Positions 1 to 9,594 of a stretch of DNA of 40,801 bases are shown in pieces. Under the pieces are notes generated by a model. It did no database searches. It saw only the letters and a program-made list of their open reading frames with translations, and had not been told where the DNA came from. Source of the stretch: Candidatus Heimdallarchaeota archaeon. Lineage in GTDB: Archaea > Asgardarchaeota > Heimdallarchaeia > JABLTI01. The stretch covers positions 1 through 40,801 of the forward strand of contig DXJV01000075.1 in the NCBI GenBank assembly GCA_019056785.1. The letters run 5' to 3'. Positions within the stretch are counted from its first letter, which is position 1; each line of letters begins with the position of its first letter. The position numbers were made by a program, and so were the translations under genes.

Positions 1-81
1 ATTTGATTTATAAGCAAAAAGATATTGGTGACAATCTAATAAAAACATATGTAATCTGACAAAAAAGAATGACCTTATGGG

Positions 82-1023
82 ATGACAACTACTATGCTCA
101 AGTTTGCCGAACTCCAAACAGCCACAGCGGCAGCATTAGAAAGCTATTATGAAACTGCCCGGAAGCTGAGCGAACAGCATTTTGGCAAGACACTTAAAGT
201 GTATTATCCTGGCCGGGACTTTCCGTCTGTGAGCATCACAGGCTCCTTCTGTGCACAAAATTGTCTCTATTGTAATAAGCACTATCTGCAGCAAATGGAA
301 GCTCTCACCACCCCTGAAAAGTTAGAAGCCTTCGCTTTTAACTTAGCACGACGAAAGGGTAAGGGCCTTCTCATTAGTGGTGGTTATAACACTGAAGCTC
401 GCTTACCCATTGAACCCTTTCTTCCCACCTTAGCCAAAATTAAAAGAGAGACAGACTTAATTCTCAACCTTCACCCAGGGTTGGTAAGTGAAGAGCAAGC
501 GAAGGCTTTTGCTGAAATAGGAATAGATGAGATTTCTTTTGACTTGGTAGTAAATGATGAAGTCATTCAAAAAGTCATCAACCCGAACTTGACCGGTAAA
601 GACTATCTCAGAGCTTATGCTGCTTTAAAAAATGCTGGTTTGAAAGTAGCACCTCATATTATGCTGGGGCTTTTTTTTGGCGAGATGCAAGGAGAAATTG
701 AGGCAGTAAAAGCCGCTTTTTCCTTTGACCCGAAGCTGATTGTCTTTCTTGCTCTGATCCCCACAAAAGGAACCCCAATGGCAGCGGCCCCTCAAATTGC
801 TCCGGCAGCCCTTGGAAAAATGTTAGTATTCACGAGGATGAACAGACCGGAAATAGAGCTGTCCCTTGGTTGTATGCGGGTCAGGAAACGAGAGTATGAA
901 ACAATTGCCCTTAAGGCAGGGATAAATAGGCTTGCAGTTCCGAAACACGAGACGCTCGCAATTGCAAGAGACAAATTTGAAAGAGAAATAATAAAGGCAA
1001 ATTATTGTTGCACCATCGACTAA
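82..1023 (+). CDS. Radical SAM protein, LipS1-like (biotin-synthase-related; probable component of the archaeal LipS1/LipS2 lipoyl synthase)
   Basis: CxxxCxxC (SITGSFCAQNCLYC), plus GCMR (LGCMRVR) and a C-terminal CC (YCCTID), matching the GC(M/A)R and CC motifs I recall for Thermococcus LipS1. Confidence 0.7.
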   Translation: MTTTMLKFAELQTATAAALESYYETARKLSEQHFGKTLKVYYPGRDFPSVSITGSFCAQNCLYCNKHYLQQMEALTTPEKLEAFAFNLARRKGKGLLISGGYNTEARLPIEPFLPTLAKIKRETDLILNLHPGLVSEEQAKAFAEIGIDEISFDLVVNDEVIQKVINPNLTGKDYLRAYAALKNAGLKVAPHIMLGLFFGEMQGEIEAVKAAFSFDPKLIVFLALIPTKGTPMAAAPQIAPAALGKMLVFTRMNRPEIELSLGCMRVRKREYETIALKAGINRLAVPKHETLAIARDKFEREIIKANYCCTID

Positions 1024-1037
1024 GCTACGGCCAATGT

Positions 1038-1832
1038 TCACTCGAGACGTTCAATGGATTTAACGATTTTTCGGAGTTTCTCTTCACGCTCTTTGATCAT
1101 TTTCTCGAGAGAACGGTTATTAGAAAGCAGTTCAGAGTATTTAGATTTGAGCTCGTCATTTTGTTGCTTCAAGAGAATGAGTTGCTCTTTTGCTTTTGAT
1201 AAAACATTGCGCAACTTTTCGATTTGCTCATTCTTTTCGAAAAGCTCTTCTGAAATGGCACTTATTTGCCGCTCAAAGTTCTGACTAATGCCCTTCTGAA
1301 TATTCATTGCTTCTATTTCTTGGGATTTACATCTATCCCTCAGTTCTTGTACCAGATTCTCCAATTCAGTTATTCGCTTCTCTGTTCCCTCAGATGTGGA
1401 CATAGACTCTGTCAGCATTTTATACTGCATGAGTTCTTGATCTTTCTTCTCGATTGTTTCCCGGAAAGACTCAGCAATTTGCTCTTTCGCTTTTTCAAAT
1501 GCCGCCTCTTTTTCTACAAGCATTGCCTGGAGTTTTTTGTCATACTCTTCCTTTATAGAATCTAATGACTGTTGGACGAGTTTAAGGTTATTTTCTAAAA
1601 GCGTGTATTCAGAGAATAAAGAACGCCACTCAGCTGCAGATGAGAGAATGTAATCCCTAGCAAGTGGATGAATCAATTCCCAGTTTTCGCGAATGATTTG
1701 ACTAAGGATACGATGTTCTTCACTTACGTGAGACTCGTCATAAAGTGGAAGCTCGATGATATTATTAATGGGTTCGTAGTTGGGTAATTGTGTCCAAAGG
1801 GTTTTTGGTTTCTTTGAACGAAATTTTGCCAC
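1038..1832 (-). CDS. Coiled-coil protein of unknown function
   Basis: 264-aa ORF. About 70-aa globular N-terminus, then about 190 aa of E/K/Q/L-rich heptad sequence without prolines. Divergent from the Rab-like gene. Confidence 0.75.
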   Translation of the reverse strand: MAKFRSKKPKTLWTQLPNYEPINNIIELPLYDESHVSEEHRILSQIIRENWELIHPLARDYILSSAAEWRSLFSEYTLLENNLKLVQQSLDSIKEEYDKKLQAMLVEKEAAFEKAKEQIAESFRETIEKKDQELMQYKMLTESMSTSEGTEKRITELENLVQELRDRCKSQEIEAMNIQKGISQNFERQISAISEELFEKNEQIEKLRNVLSKAKEQLILLKQQNDELKSKYSELLSNNRSLEKMIKEREEKLRKIVKSIERLE

Positions 1833-2074
1833 TTTAATTGCTCCTCAATAGCTGAAACATTATTTAATGATAATAATAATAATAATACAAGCAAAGCCAT
1901 TATATGAATGCTTCTAATGAATGTGAAAATGTTTTCCAAGAAATTTGAACTGAAAAAAAGTGATTGCAACTAATTTCTATCCATTAGAAAAACTTAATTT
2001 CCAGAGAAGTAATCATTTAGTAAAAATAGACTCTATATTTAGAGATTAAATTATTTAGGAGATATGAAAAACAA

Positions 2075-3385
2075 ATGACTGAAATTGAACGGGAATTTGT
2101 ATTTAAAATGGTCCTTATGGGAGAAGGATCTGTAGGAAAAACGAGTATCCGTTCGAAATTCATGGGAGTGGGGTTTAAGAGTGAATATATTAAAACCATT
2201 GGAGCGGATTTCGCTTCAAAAGCGGTTGTTGTCGGAAAAAATAAAGTGCACTTTCAAATCTGGGATCTTGCAGGACAAAAAATGTATCGGCATGTCCGCT
2301 CTTCTTTTTACAGCGGATGCAAATGTGGTTTTCTCGTCTTTGATTTGACACAGCCGGAGACTTTGGAAAAACTCGACATGTGGGTCGATGAAGCAATTGA
2401 ACACTCAAATGGTTTCATTAAAATCTTCATCATTGTCGGAAATAAAAATGACTTAAAAGATCAGCGCAAAGTGAAACGCGAAGACGTGGACAAACTGCTG
2501 AAAAAACTTCAAGCAATGGAAGATATCGATGCTGCGTACATTGAAACTTCAGCCAAAACAGGTGAAAATATTCAAGAAGCCTTTGAAATGATGGGAAAAA
2601 TGTTTCTGGAACGCGAGGGTTTCCCTCGGAAGGGGCAGGGCACGGAAATTGATGATGTAACACTCGAACGACATCATCAAGAAATCCTTCCGTTAATCTC
2701 TGTGCCTGGGGCCCCTATTAAAGATGAAACTGCAAAGCAAAAAGAAACAGAAGAAATCGATTTGAGCGGCCTGAGTACCGAAGAAGTTCAAGGAATTATG
2801 AAAACAATTCTCGACAAGATAAATCAACTAACGCAAATAACCACAGCACTTGAAGAGCGACTTTTACTCATAGAAGCGAAAAAAGGCTCGACAACATCCA
2901 CTTCAGCTGACCTGACTGAAATAAAGGCAAAGATCGATTTGCTCGAACGACAACTGGAGCAATTCTCAATTGCAGTGGACCATACGCCCAGCCAAGAAAA
3001 AACGGTGACTGATTTCCCAACAACAGAAACACGACCAACAATTCCGGTCCCTTCAATAGACGAAATTAAGAAAACAGACGTACTACCAGAAGTGCCAAAG
3101 TTTGAAGTGCTAGATAGAGCATCGCTGGACTCTATGAAAGTGGTGGAAGATGAGGAGGAAGAAGAAGAGCAAATAACACAAATTCTCGAACAAACAGAAA
3201 AAATCTCAGCCGAGACTCAAGAAATCGCAGCCACAAAAGAAGAAGGGAAAAAGAAAGGGAAAGAACCCGAAAAGAAAGAAGAATCAAAAAAGATACCACA
3301 ACGCTGCCCCCGTTGTGGGAGCAAACTCGCATTCATCAAGCAATATAAGCGATGGTATTGCTATCACTGCAAAATTTATGTCTAA
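2075..3385 (+). CDS. Rab-like small GTPase fused to coiled coil, acidic linker and C-terminal zinc ribbon
   Basis: G1 GEGSVGKT, G2 YIKTIGADF, G3 WDLAGQ, G4 GNKND, G5 ETSAK; C-terminal CPRC...WYCYHC. Confidence 0.92.
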   Translation: MTEIEREFVFKMVLMGEGSVGKTSIRSKFMGVGFKSEYIKTIGADFASKAVVVGKNKVHFQIWDLAGQKMYRHVRSSFYSGCKCGFLVFDLTQPETLEKLDMWVDEAIEHSNGFIKIFIIVGNKNDLKDQRKVKREDVDKLLKKLQAMEDIDAAYIETSAKTGENIQEAFEMMGKMFLEREGFPRKGQGTEIDDVTLERHHQEILPLISVPGAPIKDETAKQKETEEIDLSGLSTEEVQGIMKTILDKINQLTQITTALEERLLLIEAKKGSTTSTSADLTEIKAKIDLLERQLEQFSIAVDHTPSQEKTVTDFPTTETRPTIPVPSIDEIKKTDVLPEVPKFEVLDRASLDSMKVVEDEEEEEEQITQILEQTEKISAETQEIAATKEEGKKKGKEPEKKEESKKIPQRCPRCGSKLAFIKQYKRWYCYHCKIYV

Positions 3386-3438
3386 ATTAACAAAAGAAAC
3401 GCCTTAATAGAGGCATTTTTTTCATAGGTGGAAAAGTA

Positions 3439-4647
3439 ATGAGTAAAGTTGCAATTGTTAAGATAGAGAATAAGCAAATCGAATTGGCAGTTCGAAAAGC
3501 AATTGACCTTTTGGGGGGGATCACGAAATTCATTTCGAATGAGGAGAGAGTCCTCTTAAAGCCAAATTTACTCAGTGCCCCTGAAAACAAAGAAGCGTTA
3601 GAGAAAATACGGACAGACCCTCGAGTATTAGAAGCATTAATCAAACTTCTCATGGAAAAAAGGAGCCCAAAAATTATGGTTGGAGATTGTAGCGGTGTGG
3701 GGGAAAAAGGCGGAACAAAAGAAGCCATCAGAAAAAGTGGTTATTTAGTATTAGAAGAAAAATACCAAAACGTAGAAGTTCGCAGCTTGGAAGCAAGAGG
3801 ACCGGTGCATGTGGATATTAATGGTAAAAAACTGAAAAGTGCAACAGTTGCCAAAGATGTGATGGAAACAAAAGCAATAATTAATGTCCCAAAAATGAAG
3901 ACACATTCACTAACGATTTTTACAGGTGCAGTTAAAAACCTCTTTGGAACAATTACCGGCGGAGACAAAACACGCATCCATTCTCTCGGAGGCACACTAA
4001 ACGGTTTTTCCCAATGCCTGGTAGATCTTTATTCATTCGAAAGAGAAAAGATCAAATTAAATGTTATGGATGCCAATGTTGCTCTTGAAGGGTCCGGCCC
4101 CGGAGCAGCAGGAAAGGCAGTGAAAATGGGTTTGATTTTAGCAAGCGAGGATGCTGTCGCGCTTGATGCCGTTGCTGTAACGTTAATGGGGATCGCCCCT
4201 GAAAAAGTGCCCACCTTGCGTTTTGCCCACGAGCAAGGGCTGGGAGAAATTGATATCGAGAAAATAACAATCCTCGGCGAACAAATAATTGACCATAAAA
4301 GAAAATTCAAATTCCCCAAATCGGCGAGGATAGCGTTTCTACCATTTCAACGATTTAGCAAGATACTACAAAGATACCCGAAATATAAAAGCGGCTGCAT
4401 TAATTGTCAAAGTTGTGTGAAAGGTTGCCCGGAGCAAGTGATAACCATTATAACGAATAAAAAAGGGGAACCTCAACCGCGGATTAACTTAAAAGGGTGC
4501 ATCGCTTGTTACACTTGTATTGAAATCTGCCCTGAAGCTTGCTATGGTTACGAATCTCGAACGTTGCGAAGAGTAATCCTTGTTTTTAGTGCTCTCCTTG
4601 TAGTAGTAGCAGCACTCATTACCTTTTTGGTTTTATTCTTACGATAA
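3439..4647 (+). CDS. DUF362 family Fe-S protein with 2x[4Fe-4S] ferredoxin domain and C-terminal TM helix
   Basis: VLLKPNL, TDPRV, PKMKTH, TGAVKNLFG, DAVALD motifs; two CxxCxxCxxxCP; hydrophobic tail VILVFSALLVVVAALITFLVLFL. Confidence 0.88.
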   Translation: MSKVAIVKIENKQIELAVRKAIDLLGGITKFISNEERVLLKPNLLSAPENKEALEKIRTDPRVLEALIKLLMEKRSPKIMVGDCSGVGEKGGTKEAIRKSGYLVLEEKYQNVEVRSLEARGPVHVDINGKKLKSATVAKDVMETKAIINVPKMKTHSLTIFTGAVKNLFGTITGGDKTRIHSLGGTLNGFSQCLVDLYSFEREKIKLNVMDANVALEGSGPGAAGKAVKMGLILASEDAVALDAVAVTLMGIAPEKVPTLRFAHEQGLGEIDIEKITILGEQIIDHKRKFKFPKSARIAFLPFQRFSKILQRYPKYKSGCINCQSCVKGCPEQVITIITNKKGEPQPRINLKGCIACYTCIEICPEACYGYESRTLRRVILVFSALLVVVAALITFLVLFLR

Positions 4648-4753
4648 AATACCAAAGCTAATCTTTACTCATTTAAGCATTACCAGTACATGGTAGAAAA
4701 CATTTTATTAAACAAAACGAAGAGAAAATGATTAACCAACAGAGGTAATGTAA

Positions 4754-5572
4754 ATGCTGAGTACCGAGGTTGAGATTTCTCCTTTAGCATTTTCAAAAAT
4801 CATCGATTGGGCATCTTCTAACACCGAGCGTGAAGTGGGGGGATACCTGATTGGTGAAGTAAAAGACAAGCGAGTAATTATCAAAGAAGCAGTTTTTGCA
4901 GTGGCAGAATCCAACCCAACTTTTGTTGCCTTTGATAATATGATACAATTTCGAATAATCGAGGAATTGGAGAAAAAGGGCGTAAAAGATGCAATCGTTG
5001 GCTGGTGGCATACTCATCCAGGAATGGGAGTATTTCTTTCGAGCACCGATATTACTACACAAAAAATCTATCAAGCACTCCTCCCTGAAGCCGTTGCAAT
5101 GGTGAATGATGGAAACAACTATAGTAGAACACAAAAACAGAATGATTTTAAGACAGGCTTCTTTCGAGTACAAGGAGCAAAAGCGCAAAAAGTCAATTAC
5201 TCAGTAATGACAGATCCAAACAAATTGTTGTCCCATCTAACAGAATATCTCCAACAAGAAGAAAACATTACCAATATTATTCAATCATCAACAGCAAGTG
5301 TAGCGAATTCATTGAAAGATTTTGTTGCCACAAAAGAGTTAATAGAAGAAAGTACAGCAGTATTAAAACAAGTATTGACAGAGACATACACGACGTTAAA
5401 AAATCTTCACCAAACAGAAAAGAAGCAACAAGAAGAAGTCCAACAAAAGATTCAAGCACTAGAAAGGAAAGTGCAAAAACAAGGGAAACTACTTTTTTAT
5501 AGTATGTCAGCTGCCCTCCTATTAATTATTCTCGAGTTGGTTTTTCTAATCATCTTACTAATACGCAGTTAA
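4754..5572 (+). CDS. JAB1/MPN+ (JAMM) metalloprotease, Rpn11/CSN5-like, with coiled coil and C-terminal TM anchor
   Basis: EVGGYLIG and VGWWHTHPGMGVFLSSTD give the intact E...HxH-x7-S-x2-D JAMM motif; Q/K/E coiled coil; hydrophobic C-terminus. Confidence 0.9.
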   Translation: MLSTEVEISPLAFSKIIDWASSNTEREVGGYLIGEVKDKRVIIKEAVFAVAESNPTFVAFDNMIQFRIIEELEKKGVKDAIVGWWHTHPGMGVFLSSTDITTQKIYQALLPEAVAMVNDGNNYSRTQKQNDFKTGFFRVQGAKAQKVNYSVMTDPNKLLSHLTEYLQQEENITNIIQSSTASVANSLKDFVATKELIEESTAVLKQVLTETYTTLKNLHQTEKKQQEEVQQKIQALERKVQKQGKLLFYSMSAALLLIILELVFLIILLIRS

Positions 5573-5669
5573 AAAAGGCTCATTTTACATGGAATGAAAG
5601 AAAAGTGATTGCTTAAAGAGAAAGCTATTTGAAGGAAAGGCGTATGAATAGAATAATGAGGAATGTGTT

Positions 5670-6398
5670 TTGGGGTCAACTGAAAAATCAATTCCGGAAC
5701 TCATCGATGAGCTCGAAAACTGGGACGATGCAACCCGTGAAGCTGCGGCAAGAAAATTAGGCGAATTGGAAGAAGAAGATGCAATTGAACCCTTAACAAA
5801 ATCATTACTCACAGACAAATCGGAAGATGTACGGGCAGCTGCTGCCGAGGCTCTAGGACGCTTTTTCAGTAATAAGACCGTTGCGGCAAAATTAGCAGAA
5901 CAGATGACCAAAGAAAACTCGCCAATCGTTCGGGTTGCAATTGCCGGTGCTATTGGGAGAATAGAGGATTATACCGCCGCAAAGAAGATAATCACTCAAC
6001 TCAAGAAAGAAGAAGCCAGCTGGGTGAAAGAAGCTATCATTGAAGCGCTTGGCAACTATTCAGGAAAGGAAATTGTCACAGCTTTAGTCAATCAATTGAA
6101 AAACGAACCGGCAGAGGAAGTCCGCGTCCAAGCGGCAAAATCCTTGGCGAAAATCGCGCCGAAAGGCATCCTAGATGAGATTCTTTCGATCTTCCAAAGC
6201 GAGCGGTCAGATGAAGTTAAAAGCTATTTAACCGAAGTGATTGCAGAAAACCCCGACATGAAAGCTGTGGAGATTCTTGTAAACGCTTTAGAAGATAAAG
6301 AGTTCAATCTAACGCGAGCCGCAGCAGCGGAAGCTTTGTATAAAATCGCCAAGAAGTTGGGTTATAAAGACGAAAATGAACTCATCGATTCACTTTAG
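5670..6398 (+). CDS. HEAT-repeat (PBS-lyase-like) protein
   Basis: Repeated VR/xR-xxAAxALG units of about 31 aa (TREAAARKLG, VRAAAAEALG, VRVAIAGAIG, VRVQAAKSLA); TTG start. Confidence 0.88.
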   Translation: MGSTEKSIPELIDELENWDDATREAAARKLGELEEEDAIEPLTKSLLTDKSEDVRAAAAEALGRFFSNKTVAAKLAEQMTKENSPIVRVAIAGAIGRIEDYTAAKKIITQLKKEEASWVKEAIIEALGNYSGKEIVTALVNQLKNEPAEEVRVQAAKSLAKIAPKGILDEILSIFQSERSDEVKSYLTEVIAENPDMKAVEILVNALEDKEFNLTRAAAAEALYKIAKKLGYKDENELIDSL

Positions 6399-6504
6399 TG
6401 AAATGAATGAAGGGATCTCTCAGAAAACTTTTTCGAACAGAGGTATTTAAAAAAGAGTAGTGAAATAGTTAAGCTAAAAAGAATGTTCCCTCGAGGTCTG
6501 ATGA

Positions 6505-7626
6505 GTGACTGATCGTTTTCCTCATAAAGGCATTTCGAACCGAAAAGAAGCCCATATTGATATTTGTTGTCAACAAACAGAAAAAATCCTTATGAAGCGT
6601 TCTAATGGCTTTGAAGACATTGAATTCGTCCACAATGCCTTTCCAGAGATTAATTTTGCGGAAATTTCGCTAAAAACAACCTTTCTTGGTCACACTTTTA
6701 ATTATCCCGTTTTCATTTCATCCATTACCGGTGGGATGGAAAAAGGATTAAAGATCAACAAATTACTCGCTCAAGTCGCTGAGGATTTTGGGATTGGTTT
6801 AGGGGCGGGCAGTCAGAGAATAGCACTGGAAGACGAATCGAAACAGGAATCCTTCACCATTCTTAGAGCTACAGCCCCTCATGCCTTCATTGCTGCGAAC
6901 CTTGGCATTGTTCAATTTAACAAAGGTTATGGAATAAAGGAAGCAAAAAGAGCAATTGAAATGCTAGAAGCAGATGCGCTCATTCTCCATACAAATCCCT
7001 TACAAGAAGCCATTCAACCTGAGGGCGACTTCGAGTTCAAAGGACTTTTACAAAAAATCAAAGGCCTTACAAAGGCAGTAGATAAACCAATAATAATAAA
7101 GGAAGTGGGTGCAGGGATTTCATTCGAAGTTGCTAAAAAATTGATAGCAAGCAATGTAGCAGCAATAGAAGTTGCGGGAGCAGGAGGAACAAGCTGGGCT
7201 GCAATAGAAGGATTGCGGGCAGCACAAAGACACGAACTTTTAAAACAAGAAACAGGTGCACATTTTCGAAATTGGGGGATCCCAACAGCAATTAGTACTA
7301 TCGAAGTGTTAAGCGCAACGCAAGGCCAGTGTGAAATTATAAGCTCAGGTGGAATTCGTACGGGAATAGAAGCGGCAAAAGCACTCGCGCTCGGCGCAAA
7401 ACTTGTGGGTGTTGCCTTGCCAGTTGCCTGTCTTGCAGCCACAAAGACTGAAAAAGAATTAAAAGCTTGGTTAAACCAATTTATTTATGAACTAAAGGTA
7501 ACAATGTTTATTCTCGGGGCAAAAAATCTCGAGGCACTCAAAACAGCCCCGATTTTAATCACCGGAAAAACGAAGGATTGGTTGCTCACAAGAGGGATTG
7601 ATCTTCCAAAACAAGTACAAATTTGA
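6505..7626 (+). CDS. fni: Isopentenyl-diphosphate delta-isomerase, type 2 (FMN-dependent)
   Basis: RKEAHI, SSITGG, GSQR, HTNPLQEAIQPEGD, KEVGAG, GAGGTSW, WGIPT, SGGIRTG motifs. Confidence 0.96.
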   Translation: MTDRFPHKGISNRKEAHIDICCQQTEKILMKRSNGFEDIEFVHNAFPEINFAEISLKTTFLGHTFNYPVFISSITGGMEKGLKINKLLAQVAEDFGIGLGAGSQRIALEDESKQESFTILRATAPHAFIAANLGIVQFNKGYGIKEAKRAIEMLEADALILHTNPLQEAIQPEGDFEFKGLLQKIKGLTKAVDKPIIIKEVGAGISFEVAKKLIASNVAAIEVAGAGGTSWAAIEGLRAAQRHELLKQETGAHFRNWGIPTAISTIEVLSATQGQCEIISSGGIRTGIEAAKALALGAKLVGVALPVACLAATKTEKELKAWLNQFIYELKVTMFILGAKNLEALKTAPILITGKTKDWLLTRGIDLPKQVQI

Positions 7627-8465
7627 GGTTAAAAATGATGAATGAACAAATTGATGACGAGTCTCCCTTTAAAGAAGACTTACAACCTTTAATAGAAATA
7701 CTTGAAGAGGACCCTGATTGGAACAAACGATTCGGCGCTGCAAGTAAACTCTTTAGACTAGGAAAAGAAAAAGCTGTTGACCCCTTACTAAAGGCATTAC
7801 AAAATGATCCCCACCCAGAAATCCGCCGATTTGCAGCAGACTTATTAGGAAGGCTAGGAGACCCTCGAGCCACATGGGCATTATTGGCTGCTTTACGTAA
7901 GGGATTATTAGAAAAAGAAACAGTTATAGTTCATCATACAAAACAAGCACTTCTCAGTATAAAGAGTGCAGATTTACCACGAATCTTGAAAGATACAATC
8001 GAGGATGAGCAGGAATTTTTTGAGATGAAGCTTACAGCTGTTCAACTTCTTGGGAGCATTGCAGATACTCAGAGTGTACAGCAATTAATCAATATAATAA
8101 AAAACCCAAAAACCAACGGAAGGATACGAGCAGCAGCAATAGAACAGCTTGTTTATACTGGCCATCTCTCAGCGCTTCAATTAATTTTGGAATTACTAAC
8201 GTTAACGTCTAATAAAACGTTCCAAAAAGTTGTTTTACGAGCGTTGGCAAAAACCCCTTTTAAAAATAAATCGGTCGTCTTTCGTATAGGTGAAGCGTTG
8301 TTAGGCATTATGGAAAATCAAGAGAAGTTACGAGAAAAGAAAGACGAAGAGATCAGCACCCTTGCAGCAGAAGCAATGAAGCAGCTGGCAAAAAATGTGG
8401 GATTGGAATTCGACAAATTCATGGATGAATTGATTAGAATTCGGATGAAAAAAAAGAAAGAATAA
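7623..8465 (+). CDS. HEAT-repeat protein
   Basis: KRFGAASKL, IRRFAADLLGRLGD, IRAAAIEQL repeats; abuts fni. The true start may be the ATG at 7635 or 7638. Confidence 0.85.
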   Translation: MRLKMMNEQIDDESPFKEDLQPLIEILEEDPDWNKRFGAASKLFRLGKEKAVDPLLKALQNDPHPEIRRFAADLLGRLGDPRATWALLAALRKGLLEKETVIVHHTKQALLSIKSADLPRILKDTIEDEQEFFEMKLTAVQLLGSIADTQSVQQLINIIKNPKTNGRIRAAAIEQLVYTGHLSALQLILELLTLTSNKTFQKVVLRALAKTPFKNKSVVFRIGEALLGIMENQEKLREKKDEEISTLAAEAMKQLAKNVGLEFDKFMDELIRIRMKKKKE

Positions 8466-8597
8466 TACTTCTTACAGAAAAATTTAAAATAGTGCCCCGA
8501 AACAATCTTCTTTCAAGAAATTACCTCAGCGATGACTAGCTAAGCACTTTATCTCGAGTATTTAGCGATGAGGAAGCTTGAGGAGGATAAATCAGAA

Positions 8598-8969
8598 ATG
8601 AGTAAACCATTCTATGTAAATGTAGATGTGCCTGAAGAGTTGAAACAAGAAGCTTTAAAGGTTCTTGAAAAAGCAAGAGATACAGGAAAAACCAGAAAAG
8701 GTACCAACGAAACCACAAAAGCAATTGAACGCAATCAAGCAAAACTTGTGGTAATCGCAACAGATGTGCAACCACCGGAAATTGTGATGCACTTACCCTT
8801 GCTTTGTGAAGAGAAAAACATTCCCTATATTGTTTGCGGCACGAAAAAGGACATCGGAAAAGCCATTGGACTTGACCGCCCTTCTGCAAGTGCAGGAATC
8901 ATTGATGCTGGCACAGCAAAAGATGCTCTTAACTCACTTGTAACAAAACTCAAGGCATTGAAGAAATAA
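8598..8969 (+). CDS. rpl7ae: 50S ribosomal protein L7Ae (eL8)
   Basis: [44 protein letters not shown]. Start set at ATG 8598 (MSKPFYV), after an AGGAGG site. Confidence 0.98.
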   Translation: MSKPFYVNVDVPEELKQEALKVLEKARDTGKTRKGTNETTKAIERNQAKLVVIATDVQPPEIVMHLPLLCEEKNIPYIVCGTKKDIGKAIGLDRPSASAGIIDAGTAKDALNSLVTKLKALKK

Positions 8970-8980
8970 TTGCTTGAGGG

Positions 8981-9238
8981 TTGATGAGTAAAATGAGTTC
9001 CAGAAAAGACGATCAAAGCGATTTTGGCGAGGACAGAGCCTTTCCTGCTGAAATCGTCCAAGTTGTAGCACGCACCGGAGTGACTGGGGAAGTGTTACAG
9101 TGCAAAGTACGTGTCCTTGAAGGGCCTGACCGGATGCGAATTATCACCCGCAATATTAAAGGACCAGTTCGTGTTGGAGATATCTTGATGCTTCGAGAAA
9201 CAGAACGGGAAGCACGGCGAATGCGAGGGAGAAGATAA
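8981..9238 (+). CDS. rps28e: 30S ribosomal protein S28e
   Basis: [18 protein letters not shown]...[24 protein letters not shown]; canonical position after rpl7ae. Start may be ATG 8984 or 8993. Confidence 0.98.
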   Translation: MMSKMSSRKDDQSDFGEDRAFPAEIVQVVARTGVTGEVLQCKVRVLEGPDRMRIITRNIKGPVRVGDILMLRETEREARRMRGRR

Positions 9239-9254
9239 AGGAGCACGATGAAAG

Positions 9255-9476
9255 ATGAAGAAACAAACTTGCGCCTTTTGCGCCTCGCCTATTGAGCCGG
9301 GAACGGGAACAATGTATGTTAAAAACGACGGCTCAATTTTATGGTTCTGTTCACGGAAATGCCGGGTCTCAATGATCGAGTTCAAACGAAACCCCCGAAA
9401 ATTGAAATGGACAGAACGATACGAAGCGAAGATTCTGACAGGCGGACGTTCACGAAGAAGACGTGGTCGAAGGTAA
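9255..9476 (+). CDS. rpl24e: 50S ribosomal protein L24e
   Basis: [21 protein letters not shown]...FCSRKC...RNPRKLKWT. Confidence 0.98.
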   Translation: MKKQTCAFCASPIEPGTGTMYVKNDGSILWFCSRKCRVSMIEFKRNPRKLKWTERYEAKILTGGRSRRRRGRR

Positions 9477-9504
9477 CAAAATATCGTTCCTCGCCATAAC
9501 ACGC

Positions 9505-9525
9505 CTTTTTTTATCTTTTTTTCTT
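9505..9525 (+). terminator. Oligo-T archaeal terminator after the ribosomal-protein operon
   Basis: Two consecutive T8 runs about 30 nt after the rpl24e stop. Confidence 0.5.
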
Positions 9526-9594
9526 GACAGAAGCATTAAATTCTTATTTTATAATCGTTGAAAGTTAATTGCTAAATGTAATGGAGTAAGAAGA

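Noticed and set aside
1870-1887. (TAA)n trinucleotide run
   Set aside because: Short microsatellite in an AT-rich spacer; no spacers or cas genes, so not CRISPR.
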